Below are positions 21,503-36,500 of a stretch of 64,000 nt of DNA, in pieces. Numbering within the stretch: the first letter of the stretch is position 1; each line of letters opens with the position of its first letter. Location of the stretch: positions 1 to 64,000 of the forward strand of contig JAUCBJ010006717.1 of NCBI GenBank assembly GCA_032718475.1, written 5' to 3'. Source of the stretch: Nemertoderma westbladi (Eukaryota; Animalia; Xenacoelomorpha). The notes beneath the pieces are model-generated. The model made no database searches. It saw only the letters and a list, made by a program, of their open reading frames with translations, and had not been told where the DNA came from. Made by a program: the position numbers and the translations under genes.

Positions 21503-24500
21503 ACAATCAGAATGGAATGGCCAATCAGAATGGAATGAACTATCAGAATGGAATGAACTATCAGAATGGAATGAACAATCAGAATGTAATGAACTATCAG
21601 AATGGAATGAACTATCAGAATGGAATGAACAATCAGAATGGAATTAACAATCAGAATGGAATGAACTATCAGAATGGAATTAACAATCAGAATGGAATGA
21701 ACTATCAGAATGGAATGAACTATCAGAATGGAATGAACTATCAGAATGGAATGAACTATCAGAATGGAATGAACAATCAGAATGGAATGAACTATCAGAA
21801 TGGAATTAACAATCAGAATAGAATGAACTATCAGAATGGAATGAACTATCAGAATGGAATGAACTATCAGAATGGAATGAACTATCAGAATGGAATGAAC
21901 TATCAGAATGGAATGAACTATCAGAATGGAATGAATGAACTATCAGAATGGAATGAACTATCAGAATGGAATGAACTATCAGAATGGAATTAACAATCAG
22001 AATGGAATGAACTATCAGAATGGAATGAACAACCAGTATGGAATGAACTATCAGAATGGAATTAACTATCAGAATGGAATGAACTATCAGAATGGAATGA
22101 ACAATCAGAATGGAATTAACAATCAGAATGGAATGAACTATCAGAATGGAATGAACAATCAGAATGGAATGAACAACCAGAATGGAATGAATGAACTATC
22201 AGAATGGAATGAACTATCAAAATGGAATGAACTATCAGAATGGAATGAACTATCAAAATGGAATGAATGAACTATCAGAATGGAATGAACTATCAGAATG
22301 GAATGAACTATCAGAATGGAATGAACAATCAGAATGGAATGAACTATCAGAATGGAATGAACTATCAGAATGGAATGAACAATCAGAATGGAATGAACAA
22401 CCAGAATGGAATGAATGAACTATCAGAATGGAATGAACTATCAAAATGGAATGAACTATCAGAATGGAATGAACTATCAAAATGGAATGAATGAACTATC
22501 AGAATGGAATGAACTATCAGAATGGAATGAACTATCAGAATGGAATTAACAATCAGAATGGAATGAACTATCAGAATGGAATGAACAATCAGAATGGAAT
22601 GAACAATCAGAATGGAATGAACAACCAGTATGGAATGAACTATCAGAATGGAATGAACTATCAGAATGGAATGAACTATCAGAATGGAATTAACAATCAG
22701 AATGGAATGAACTATCAGAATGGAATTAACAATCAGAATGGAATGAACTATCAGAATGGAATGAACTATCAGAATGGAATGAACTATCAGAATGGAATGA
22801 ACTATCAGAATGGAATGAACTATCAGAATGGAATGAACTATCAGAATGGAATGAACTATCAGAATGGAATTAACAATCAGAATGGAATGAACAATCAGAA
22901 TGGAATGAACAACCAGTATGGAATGAACTATCAGAATGGAATGAACAATCAGAATGGAATTAACAATCAGAATGGAATGAACTATCAGAATGGAATGAAC
23001 TATCAGAATGGAATGAACTATCAGAATGGAATTAACAACCAGTATGGAATTAACAATCAGAATGGAATGAACTATCAGAATGGAATGAACTATCAGAATG
23101 GAATTAACAATCAGAATGGAATGAACTATCAGAATGGAATGAACAATCAGAATGGAATGAACTATCAGAAAGGAATGAACAATCAGAATGGAATGAACAA
23201 TCAGAATGGAATGAACAACCAGTATGGAATGAACTATCAGAATGGAATGAACTATCAGAATGGAATTAACAATCAGAATGGAATGAACTATCAGAATGGA
23301 ATTAACAATCAGAATGGAATGAACTATCAGAATGGAATGAACTATCAGAATGGAATGAACTATCAGAATGGAATGAACTATCAAAATGGAATGAACTATC
23401 AGAATGGAATGAACTATCAAAATGGAATGAACTATCAGAATGGAATTAACAATCAGAATGGAATGAACTATCAGAATGGAATGAACAATCAGAATGGAAT
23501 GAACAATCAGAATGGAATGAACAACCAGTATGGAATGAACTATCAGAATGGAATGAACTATCAGAATGGAATTAACAATCAGAATGGAATGAACTATCAG
23601 AATGGAATTAACAATCAGAATGGAATGAACTATCAGAATGGAATGAACTATCAGAATGGAATGAACTATCAGAATGGAATGAACTATCAGAATGGAATGA
23701 ACTATCAGAATGGAATGAACTATCAGAATGGAATGAACAATCAGAATGGAATGAACTATCAGAATGGAATGAACAACCAGTATGGAATGAATGAACTATC
23801 AGAATGGAATGAACTATCAGAATGGAATGAACTATCAGAATGGAATGAACTATCAGAATGGAATTAACAATCAGAATGGAATGAACTATCAGAATGGAAT
23901 GAACAATCAGAATGGAATGAACTATCAGAATGGAATGAACTATCAGAATGGAATGAACTATAAGAATGGAATGAACTATCAGAATGGAATGAACTATCAG
24001 AATGGAATGAACTATCAGAATGGAATTAACAATCAGAATGGAATGAACTATCAGAATGGAATGAACTATCAGAATGGAATTAACAACCAGTATGGAATTA
24101 ACAATCAGAATGGAATGAACTATCAGAATGGAATGAACTATCAGAATGGAATTAACAATCAGAATGGAATGAACTATCAGAATGGAATGAACAATCAGAA
24201 TGGAATGAACTATCAGAAAGGAATGAACAATCAGAATGGAATGACAATCAGAATGGAATGAACAACCAGTATGGAATGAACTATCAGAATGGAATGAACT
24301 ATCAGAATGGAATTAACAATCAGAATGGAATGAACTATCAGAATGGAATTAACAATCAAAATGGAATGAACTATCAGAATGGAATGAACTATCAGAATGG
24401 AATGAACTATCAGAATGGAATGAACTATCAAAATGGAATGAACTATCAGAATGGAATGAACTATCAAAATGGAATGAACTATCAGAATGGAATTAACAAT

Positions 24501-27500
24501 CAGAATGGAATGAACTATCAGAATGGAATGAACAATCAGAATGGAATGAACAATCAGAATGGAATGAACAACCAGTATGGAATGAACTATCAGAATGGAA
24601 TGAACTATCAGAATGGAATTAACAATCAGAATGGAATGAACTATCAGAATGGAATTAACAATCAGAATGGAATGAACTATCAGAATGGAATGAACTATCA
24701 GAATGGAATGAACTATCAGAATGGAATGAACTATCAGAATGGAATGAACTATCAGAATGGAATGAACTATCAGAATGGAATGAACAATCAGAATGGAATG
24801 AACTATCAGAATGGAATGAACAACCAGTATGGAATGAATGAACTATCAGAATGGAATGAACTATCAGAATGGAATGAACTATCAGAATGGAATGAACTAT
24901 CAGAATGGAATTAACAATCAGAATGGAATGAACTATCAGAATGGAATGAACAATCAGAATGGAATGATCTATCAGAATGGAATGAACTATCAGAATGGAA
25001 TTAACAATCAGAATGGAATGAACTATCAGAATGGAATGAACTATAAGAATGGAATGAACTATCAGAATGGAATGAACTATCAGAATGGAATGAACTATCA
25101 GAATGGAATTAACAATCAGAATGGAATGAACTATCAGAATGGAATGAACTATCAGAATGGAATGAACTATCAGAATGGAATGAACTATCAGAATGGAATG
25201 AACTATCAGAATGGAATGAACTATCAGAATGGAATGAACAATCAGAATGGAATGAACAATCAGAATGGAATGAACTATCAGAATGGAATGAACAACCAGA
25301 ATGGAATTAACAATCAGAATGGAATGAACTATCATAATGGAATGAACAATCAGAATGGAATGAACAATCAGAATGGAATGAACTATCAGAATGGAATGAA
25401 CAATCAGAATGGAATGAACTATCAGAATGGAATGAACAATCAGAATGGAATGAACTATCAGAATGGAATGAACAACCAGTATGGAATGAATGAACTATCA
25501 GAATGGAATGAACTATCAGAATGGAATGAACTATCAAAATGGAATGAACTATCAGAATGGAATGAACTATCAGAATGGAATGATCTATCAGAATGGAATG
25601 AACTATCAGAATGGAATGAACTATCAGAATGGAATGAACTATCAGAATGGAATGAACAACCAGAATGGAATTAACAATCAGAATGGAATGAACTATCAGA
25701 ATGGAATGATCTATCAGAATGGAATGAACTATCAGTATGGAATGAACAATCAGAATGGAATGAACTATCAGAATGGAATGAACAATCAGAATGGAATGAA
25801 CAATCAGAATGGAATGAACTATCAGAATGGAATGAACAACCAGTATGGAATGAATGAACTATCAGAATGGAATGAACTATCAGAATGGAATGAACTATCA
25901 AAATGGAATGAACTATCAGAATGGAATGAACTATCAGAATGGAATGATCTATCAGAATGGAATGAACTATCAGAATGGAATGAACTATCAGAATGGAATG
26001 AACTATCAGAATGGAATGAACTATCAGAATGGAATTAACAATCAGAATGGAATGAACTATCAGAATGGAATGAACTATCAGAATGGAATGAACTATCAGA
26101 ATGGAATGAACTATCAGAATGGAATGAACTATCAGAATGGAATGAACTATCAGAATGGAATGAACAATCAGAATGGAATGAACAATCAGAATGGAATGAA
26201 CTATCAGAATGGAATGAACAACCAGTATGGAATGAATGAACTATCAGAATGGAATGAACTATCAGAATGGAATGAACTATCAAAATGGAATGAACTATCA
26301 GAATGGAATTAACAATCAGAATGGAATGAACTATCAGAATGGAATGAACAATCAGAATGGAATGAACAATCAGAATGGAATGAACAACCAGTATGGAATG
26401 AACTATCAGAATGGAATGAACTATCAGAATGGAATTAACAATCAGAATGGAATGAACTATCAGAATGGAATTAACAATCAGAATGGAATGAACTATCAGA
26501 ATGGAATGAACTATCAGAATGGAATGAACTATCAGAATGGAATGAACTATCAGAATGGAATGAACTATCAGAATGGAATGAACTATCAGAATGGAATGAA
26601 CAATCAGAATGGAATGAACAATCAGAATGGAATGAACTATCAGAATGGAATGAACAACCAGTATGGAATGAATGAACTATCAGAATGGAATGAACTATCA
26701 GAATGGAATGAACAATCAGAATGGAATTAACAATCAGAATGGAATGAACTATCAGAATGGAATGAACAAATCAGAATGGAATGAACTATCAGAATGGAAT
26801 GACTATCAGAATGGAATGAACTATCAGAATGGAATGAACTATCAGAATGGAATGAACTATCAGAATGGAATGAACTATCAGAATGGAATTAACTATCAGA
26901 ATGGAATGAACAATCAGAATGGAATTAACAATCAGAATGGAATGAACTATCAGAATGGAATGAACAACCAGTATGGAATGAACTATCAGAATGGAATGAA
27001 CTATCAGAATGGAATGAACAAATCAGAATGGAATGAACTATCAGAATGGAATGAACAATCAGAATGGAATGAACAATCAGAATGGAATGAACTATCAGAA
27101 TGGAATGAACAATCAGAATGGAATTAACAATCAGAATGGAATGAACTATCAGAATGGAATGAACTATCAGAATGGAATGAACTATCAGAATGGAATGAAC
27201 AATCAGAATGGAATGAACAATCAGTATGGAATGAACTATCAGAATGGAATGAACAATCAGAATGGAATTAACAATCAGAATGGAATGAACAATCAGAATG
27301 GAATGAACTATCAGAATGGAATGAACAATCAGAATGGAATTAACAATCAGAATGGAATGAACTATCAGAATGGAATGAACTATCAGAATGGAATGAACTA
27401 TCAGAATGGAATGAACAATCAGAATGGAATGAACTATCAGAATGGAATGAACTATCAGAATGGAATGAACTATCAGAATGGAATGAACTATCAGAATGGA

Positions 27501-30500
27501 ATGAACTATCAGAATGGAATGAACTATCAGAATGGAATTAACTATCAGAATGGAATGAACAATCAGAATGGAATTAACAATCAGAATGGAATGAACTATC
27601 AGAATGGAATGAACAAATCAGAATGGAATGAACTATCAGAATGGAATGAACTATCAGAATGGAATGAACTATCAGAATGGAATGAACTATCAGAATGGAA
27701 TGAACTATCAGAATGGAATGAACTATCAGAATGGAATGAACTATCAGAATGGAATGAACAATCAGAATGGAATTAACAATCAGAATGGAATTAACTATCA
27801 GAATGGAATGAACAAATCAGAATGGAATGAACTATCAGAATGGAATGAACTATCAGAATGGAATGAACTATCAGAATGGAATGAACTATCAGAATGGAAT
27901 GAACTATCAGAATGGAATGAACTATCAGAATGGAATTAACTATCAGAATGGAATGAACAATCAGAATGGAATTAACAATCAGAATGGAATGAACTATCAG
28001 AATGGAATGAACAACCAGTATGGAATGAATGAACTATCAGAATGGAATGAACTATCAGAATGGAATGAACTATCAGAATGGAATGAACTATCAGAATGGA
28101 ATGAACTATCAGAATGGAATGAACAATCAGAATGGAATTAACAATCAGAATGGAATGAACTATCAGAATGGAATGAACAAATCAGAATGGAATGAACTAT
28201 CAGAATGGAATGAACTATCAGAATGGAATGAACTATCAGAATGGAATGAACTATCAGAATGGAATGAACTATCAGAATGGAATGAACTATCAGAATGGAA
28301 TTAACTATCAGAATGGAATGAACAATCAGAATGGAATTAACAATCAGAATGGAATGAACTATCAGAATGGAATTAACAATCAGAATGGAATGAACTATCA
28401 GAATGGAATGAACAATCAGAATGGAATGAACAATCAGAATGGAATGAACAACCAGTATGGAATGAACTATCAGAATGGAATGAACTATCAGAATGGAATG
28501 AACTATCAGAATGGAATTAACAATCAGAATGGAATGAACTATCAGAATGGAATTAACAATCAGAATGGAATGAACTATCAGAATGGAATGAACTATCAGA
28601 ATGGAATGAACTATCAGAATGGAATGAACTATCAGAATGGAATGAACTATCAGAATGGAATGAACTATCAGAATGGAATGAACTATCAGAATGGAATTAA
28701 CAATCAGAATGGAATGAACAATCAGAATGGAATGAACAACCAGTATGGAATGAACTATCAGAATGGAATGAACAATCAGAATGGAATTAACAATCAGAAT
28801 GGAATGAACTATCAGAATGGAATGAACTATCAGAATGGAATGAACTATCAGAATGGAATTAACAACCAGTATGGAATTAACAATCAGAATGGAATGAACT
28901 ATCAGAATGGAATGAACTATCAGAATGGAATTAACAATCAGAATGGAATGAACTATCAGAATGGAATGAACAATCAGAATGGAATGAACTATCAGAAAGG
29001 AATGAACAATCAGAATGGAATGAACAATCAGAATGGAATGAACAACCAGTATGGAATGAACTATCAGAATGGAATGAACTATCAGAATGGAATTAACAAT
29101 CAGAATGGAATGAACTATCAGAATGGAATTAACAATCAGAATGGAATGAACTATCAGAATGGAATGAACTATCAGAATGGAATGAACTATCAGAATGGAA
29201 TGAACTATCAAAATGGAATGAACTATCAGAATGGAATGAACTATCAAAATGGAATGAACTATCAGAATGGAATTAACAATCAGAATGGAATGAACTATCA
29301 GAATGGAATGAACAATCAGAATGGAATGAACAATCAGAATGGAATGAACAACCAGTATGGAATGAACTATCAGAATGGAATGAACTATCAGAATGGAATT
29401 AACAATCAGAATGGAATGAACTATCAGAATGGAATTAACAATCAGAATGGAATGAACTATCAGAATGGAATGAACTATCAGAATGGAATGAACTATCAGA
29501 ATGGAATGAACTATCAGAATGGAATGAACTATCAGAATGGAATGAACTATCAGAATGGAATGAACAATCAGAATGGAATGAACTATCAGAATGGAATGAA
29601 CAACCAGTATGGAATGAATGAACTATCAGAATGGAATGAACTATCAGAATGGAATGAACTATCAGAATGGAATGAACTATCAGAATGGAATTAACAATCA
29701 GAATGGAATGAACTATCAGAATGGAATGAACAATCAGAATGGAATGAACTATCAGAATGGAATGAACTATCAGAATGGAATGAACTATAAGAATGGAATG
29801 AACTATCAGAATGGAATGAACTATCAGAATGGAATGAACTATCAGAATGGAATTAACAATCAGAATGGAATGAACTATCAGAATGGAATGAACTATCAGA
29901 ATGGAATTAACAACCAGTATGGAATTAACAATCAGAATGGAATGAACTATCAGAATGGAATGAACTATCAGAATGGAATTAACAATCAGAATGGAATGAA
30001 CTATCAGAATGGAATGAACAATCAGAATGGAATGAACTATCAGAAAGGAATGAACAATCAGAATGGAATGACAATCAGAATGGAATGAACAACCAGTATG
30101 GAATGAACTATCAGAATGGAATGAACTATCAGAATGGAATTAACAATCAGAATGGAATGAACTATCAGAATGGAATTAACAATCAAAATGGAATGAACTA
30201 TCAGAATGGAATGAACTATCAGAATGGAATGAACTATCAGAATGGAATGAACTATCAAAATGGAATGAACTATCAGAATGGAATGAACTATCAAAATGGA
30301 ATGAACTATCAGAATGGAATTAACAATCAGAATGGAATGAACTATCAGAATGGAATGAACAATCAGAATGGAATGAACAATCAGAATGGAATGAACAACC
30401 AGTATGGAATGAACTATCAGAATGGAATGAACTATCAGAATGGAATTAACAATCAGAATGGAATGAACTATCAGAATGGAATTAACAATCAGAATGGAAT

Positions 30501-33500
30501 GAACTATCAGAATGGAATGAACTATCAGAATGGAATGAACTATCAGAATGGAATGAACTATCAGAATGGAATGAACTATCAGAATGGAATGAACTATCAG
30601 AATGGAATGAACAATCAGAATGGAATGAACTATCAGAATGGAATGAACAACCAGTATGGAATGAATGAACTATCAGAATGGAATGAACTATCAGAATGGA
30701 ATGAACTATCAGAATGGAATGAACTATCAGAATGGAATTAACAATCAGAATGGAATGAACTATCAGAATGGAATGAACAATCAGAATGGAATGATCTATC
30801 AGAATGGAATGAACTATCAGAATGGAATTAACAATCAGAATGGAATGAACTATCAGAATGGAATGAACTATAAGAATGGAATGAACTATCAGAATGGAAT
30901 GAACTATCAGAATGGAATGAACTATCAGAATGGAATTAACAATCAGAATGGAATGAACTATCAGAATGGAATGAACTATCAGAATGGAATGAACTATCAG
31001 AATGGAATGAACTATCAGAATGGAATGAACTATCAGAATGGAATGAACTATCAGAATGGAATGAACAATCAGAATGGAATGAACAATCAGAATGGAATGA
31101 ACTATCAGAATGGAATGAACAACCAGAATGGAATTAACAATCAGAATGGAATGAACTATCATAATGGAATGAACAATCAGAATGGAATGAACAATCAGAA
31201 TGGAATGAACTATCAGAATGGAATGAACAATCAGAATGGAATGAACTATCAGAATGGAATGAACAATCAGAATGGAATGAACTATCAGAATGGAATGAAC
31301 AACCAGTATGGAATGAATGAACTATCAGAATGGAATGAACTATCAGAATGGAATGAACTATCAAAATGGAATGAACTATCAGAATGGAATGAACTATCAG
31401 AATGGAATGATCTATCAGAATGGAATGAACTATCAGAATGGAATGAACTATCAGAATGGAATGAACTATCAGAATGGAATGAACAACCAGAATGGAATTA
31501 ACAATCAGAATGGAATGAACTATCAGAATGGAATGATCTATCAGAATGGAATGAACTATCAGTATGGAATGAACAATCAGAATGGAATGAACTATCAGAA
31601 TGGAATGAACAATCAGAATGGAATGAACAATCAGAATGGAATGAACTATCAGAATGGAATGAACAACCAGTATGGAATGAATGAACTATCAGAATGGAAT
31701 GAACTATCAGAATGGAATGAACTATCAAAATGGAATGAACTATCAGAATGGAATGAACTATCAGAATGGAATGATCTATCAGAATGGAATGAACTATCAG
31801 AATGGAATGAACTATCAGAATGGAATGAACTATCAGAATGGAATGAACTATCAGAATGGAATTAACAATCAGAATGGAATGAACTATCAGAATGGAATGA
31901 ACTATCAGAATGGAATGAACTATCAGAATGGAATGAACTATCAGAATGGAATGAACTATCAGAATGGAATGAACTATCAGAATGGAATGAACAATCAGAA
32001 TGGAATGAACAATCAGAATGGAATGAACTATCAGAATGGAATGAACAACCAGTATGGAATGAATGAACTATCAGAATGGAATGAACTATCAGAATGGAAT
32101 GAACTATCAAAATGGAATGAACTATCAGAATGGAATTAACAATCAGAATGGAATGAACTATCAGAATGGAATGAACAATCAGAATGGAATGAACAATCAG
32201 AATGGAATGAACAACCAGTATGGAATGAACTATCAGAATGGAATGAACTATCAGAATGGAATTAACAATCAGAATGGAATGAACTATCAGAATGGAATTA
32301 ACAATCAGAATGGAATGAACTATCAGAATGGAATGAACTATCAGAATGGAATGAACTATCAGAATGGAATGAACTATCAGAATGGAATGAACTATCAGAA
32401 TGGAATGAACTATCAGAATGGAATGAACAATCAGAATGGAATGAACAATCAGAATGGAATGAACTATCAGAATGGAATGAACAACCAGTATGGAATGAAT
32501 GAACTATCAGAATGGAATGAACTATCAGAATGGAATGAACAATCAGAATGGAATTAACAATCAGAATGGAATGAACTATCAGAATGGAATGAACAAATCA
32601 GAATGGAATGAACTATCAGAATGGAATGACTATCAGAATGGAATGAACTATCAGAATGGAATGAACTATCAGAATGGAATGAACTATCAGAATGGAATGA
32701 ACTATCAGAATGGAATTAACTATCAGAATGGAATGAACAATCAGAATGGAATTAACAATCAGAATGGAATGAACTATCAGAATGGAATGAACAACCAGTA
32801 TGGAATGAACTATCAGAATGGAATGAACTATCAGAATGGAATGAACAAATCAGAATGGAATGAACTATCAGAATGGAATGAACAATCAGAATGGAATGAA
32901 CAATCAGAATGGAATGAACTATCAGAATGGAATGAACAATCAGAATGGAATTAACAATCAGAATGGAATGAACTATCAGAATGGAATGAACTATCAGAAT
33001 GGAATGAACTATCAGAATGGAATGAACAATCAGAATGGAATGAACAATCAGTATGGAATGAACTATCAGAATGGAATGAACAATCAGAATGGAATTAACA
33101 ATCAGAATGGAATGAACAATCAGAATGGAATGAACTATCAGAATGGAATGAACAATCAGAATGGAATTAACAATCAGAATGGAATGAACTATCAGAATGG
33201 AATGAACTATCAGAATGGAATGAACTATCAGAATGGAATGAACAATCAGAATGGAATGAACTATCAGAATGGAATGAACTATCAGAATGGAATGAACTAT
33301 CAGAATGGAATGAACTATCAGAATGGAATGAACTATCAGAATGGAATGAACTATCAGAATGGAATTAACTATCAGAATGGAATGAACAATCAGAATGGAA
33401 TTAACAATCAGAATGGAATGAACTATCAGAATGGAATGAACAAATCAGAATGGAATGAACTATCAGAATGGAATGAACTATCAGAATGGAATGAACTATC

Positions 33501-36500
33501 AGAATGGAATGAACTATCAGAATGGAATGAACTATCAGAATGGAATGAACTATCAGAATGGAATGAACTATCAGAATGGAATGAACAATCAGAATGGAAT
33601 TAACAATCAGAATGGAATTAACTATCAGAATGGAATGAACAAATCAGAATGGAATGAACTATCAGAATGGAATGAACTATCAGAATGGAATGAACTATCA
33701 GAATGGAATGAACTATCAGAATGGAATGAACTATCAGAATGGAATGAACTATCAGAATGGAATTAACTATCAGAATGGAATGAACAATCAGAATGGAATT
33801 AACAATCAGAATGGAATGAACTATCAGAATGGAATGAACAACCAGTATGGAATGAATGAACTATCAGAATGGAATGAACTATCAGAATGGAATGAACTAT
33901 CAGAATGGAATGAACTATCAGAATGGAATGAACTATCAGAATGGAATGAACAATCAGAATGGAATTAACAATCAGAATGGAATGAACTATCAGAATGGAA
34001 TGAACAAATCAGAATGGAATGAACTATCAGAATGGAATGAACTATCAGAATGGAATGAACTATCAGAATGGAATGAACTATCAGAATGGAATGAACTATC
34101 AGAATGGAATGAACTATCAGAATGGAATTAACTATCAGAATGGAATGAACAATCAGAATGGAATTAACAATCAGAATGGAATGAACTATCAGAATGGAAT
34201 GAACAACCAGTATGGAATGAACTATCAGAATGGAATGAACAATCAGAATGGAATGAACTATCAGAATGGAATTAACAATCAAAATGGAATGAACTATCAG
34301 AATGGAATTAACAATCAGAATGGAATGAACTATCAAAATGGAATGAACTATCAGAATGGAATGAACTATCAGAATGGAATGAACAATCAGAATGGAATGA
34401 ACTATCAGAATGGAATGAACAACCAGTATGGAATGAATGAACTATCAGAATGGAATGAACTATCAGAATGGAATGAACTATCAGAATGGAATGAACTATC
34501 AGAATGGAATTAACAATCAGAATGGAATGAACTATCAGAATGGAATGAACAATCAGAATGGAATGATCTATCAGAATGGAATGAACTATCAGAATGGAAT
34601 TAACAATCAGAATGGAATGAACTATCAGAATGGAATGAACTATAAGAATGGAATGAACTATCAGAATGGAATGAACTATCAGAATGGAATGAACTATCAG
34701 AATGGAATTAACAATCAGAATGGAATGAACTATCAGAATGGAATGAACTATCAGAATGGAATGAACTATCAGAATGGAATGAACTATCAGAATGGAATGA
34801 ACTATCAGAATGGAATGAACTATCAGAATGGAATGAACAATCAGAATGGAATGAACAATCAGAATGGAATGAACTATCAGAATGGAATGAACAACCAGAA
34901 TGGAATTAACAATCAGAATGGAATGAACTATCATAATGGAATGAACAATCAGAATGGAATGAACAATCAGAATGGAATGAACTATCAGAATGGAATGAAC
35001 AATCAGAATGGAATGAACTATCAGAATGGAATGAACAATCAGAATGGAATGAACTATCAGAATGGAATGAACAACCAGTATGGAATGAATGAACTATCAG
35101 AATGGAATGAACTATCAGAATGGAATGAACTATCAAAATGGAATGAACTATCAGAATGGAATGAACTATCAGAATGGAATGATCTATCAGAATGGAATGA
35201 ACTATCAGAATGGAATGAACTATCAGAATGGAATGAACTATCAGAATGGAATGAACAACCAGAATGGAATTAACAATCAGAATGGAATGAACTATCAGAA
35301 TGGAATGATCTATCAGAATGGAATGAACTATCAGTATGGAATGAACAATCAGAATGGAATGAACTATCAGAATGGAATGAACAATCAGAATGGAATGAAC
35401 AATCAGAATGGAATGAACTATCAGAATGGAATGAACAACCAGTATGGAATGAATGAACTATCAGAATGGAATGAACTATCAGAATGGAATGAACTATCAA
35501 AATGGAATGAACTATCAGAATGGAATGAACTATCAGAATGGAATGATCTATCAGAATGGAATGAACTATCAGAATGGAATGAACTATCAGAATGGAATGA
35601 ACTATCAGAATGGAATGAACTATCAGAATGGAATTAACAATCAGAATGGAATGAACTATCAGAATGGAATGAACTATCAGAATGGAATGAACTATCAGAA
35701 TGGAATGAACTATCAGAATGGAATGAACTATCAGAATGGAATGAACTATCAGAATGGAATGAACAATCAGAATGGAATGAACAATCAGAATGGAATGAAC
35801 TATCAGAATGGAATGAACAACCAGTATGGAATGAATGAACTATCAGAATGGAATGAACTATCAGAATGGAATGAACTATCAAAATGGAATGAACTATCAG
35901 AATGGAATTAACAATCAGAATGGAATGAACTATCAGAATGGAATGAACAATCAGAATGGAATGAACAATCAGAATGGAATGAACAACCAGTATGGAATGA
36001 ACTATCAGAATGGAATGAACTATCAGAATGGAATTAACAATCAGAATGGAATGAACTATCAGAATGGAATTAACAATCAGAATGGAATGAACTATCAGAA
36101 TGGAATGAACTATCAGAATGGAATGAACTATCAGAATGGAATGAACTATCAGAATGGAATGAACTATCAGAATGGAATGAACTATCAGAATGGAATGAAC
36201 AATCAGAATGGAATGAACAATCAGAATGGAATGAACTATCAGAATGGAATGAACAACCAGTATGGAATGAATGAACTATCAGAATGGAATGAACTATCAG
36301 AATGGAATGAACAATCAGAATGGAATTAACAATCAGAATGGAATGAACTATCAGAATGGAATGAACAAATCAGAATGGAATGAACTATCAGAATGGAATG
36401 ACTATCAGAATGGAATGAACTATCAGAATGGAATGAACTATCAGAATGGAATGAACTATCAGAATGGAATGAACTATCAGAATGGAATTAACTATCAGAA

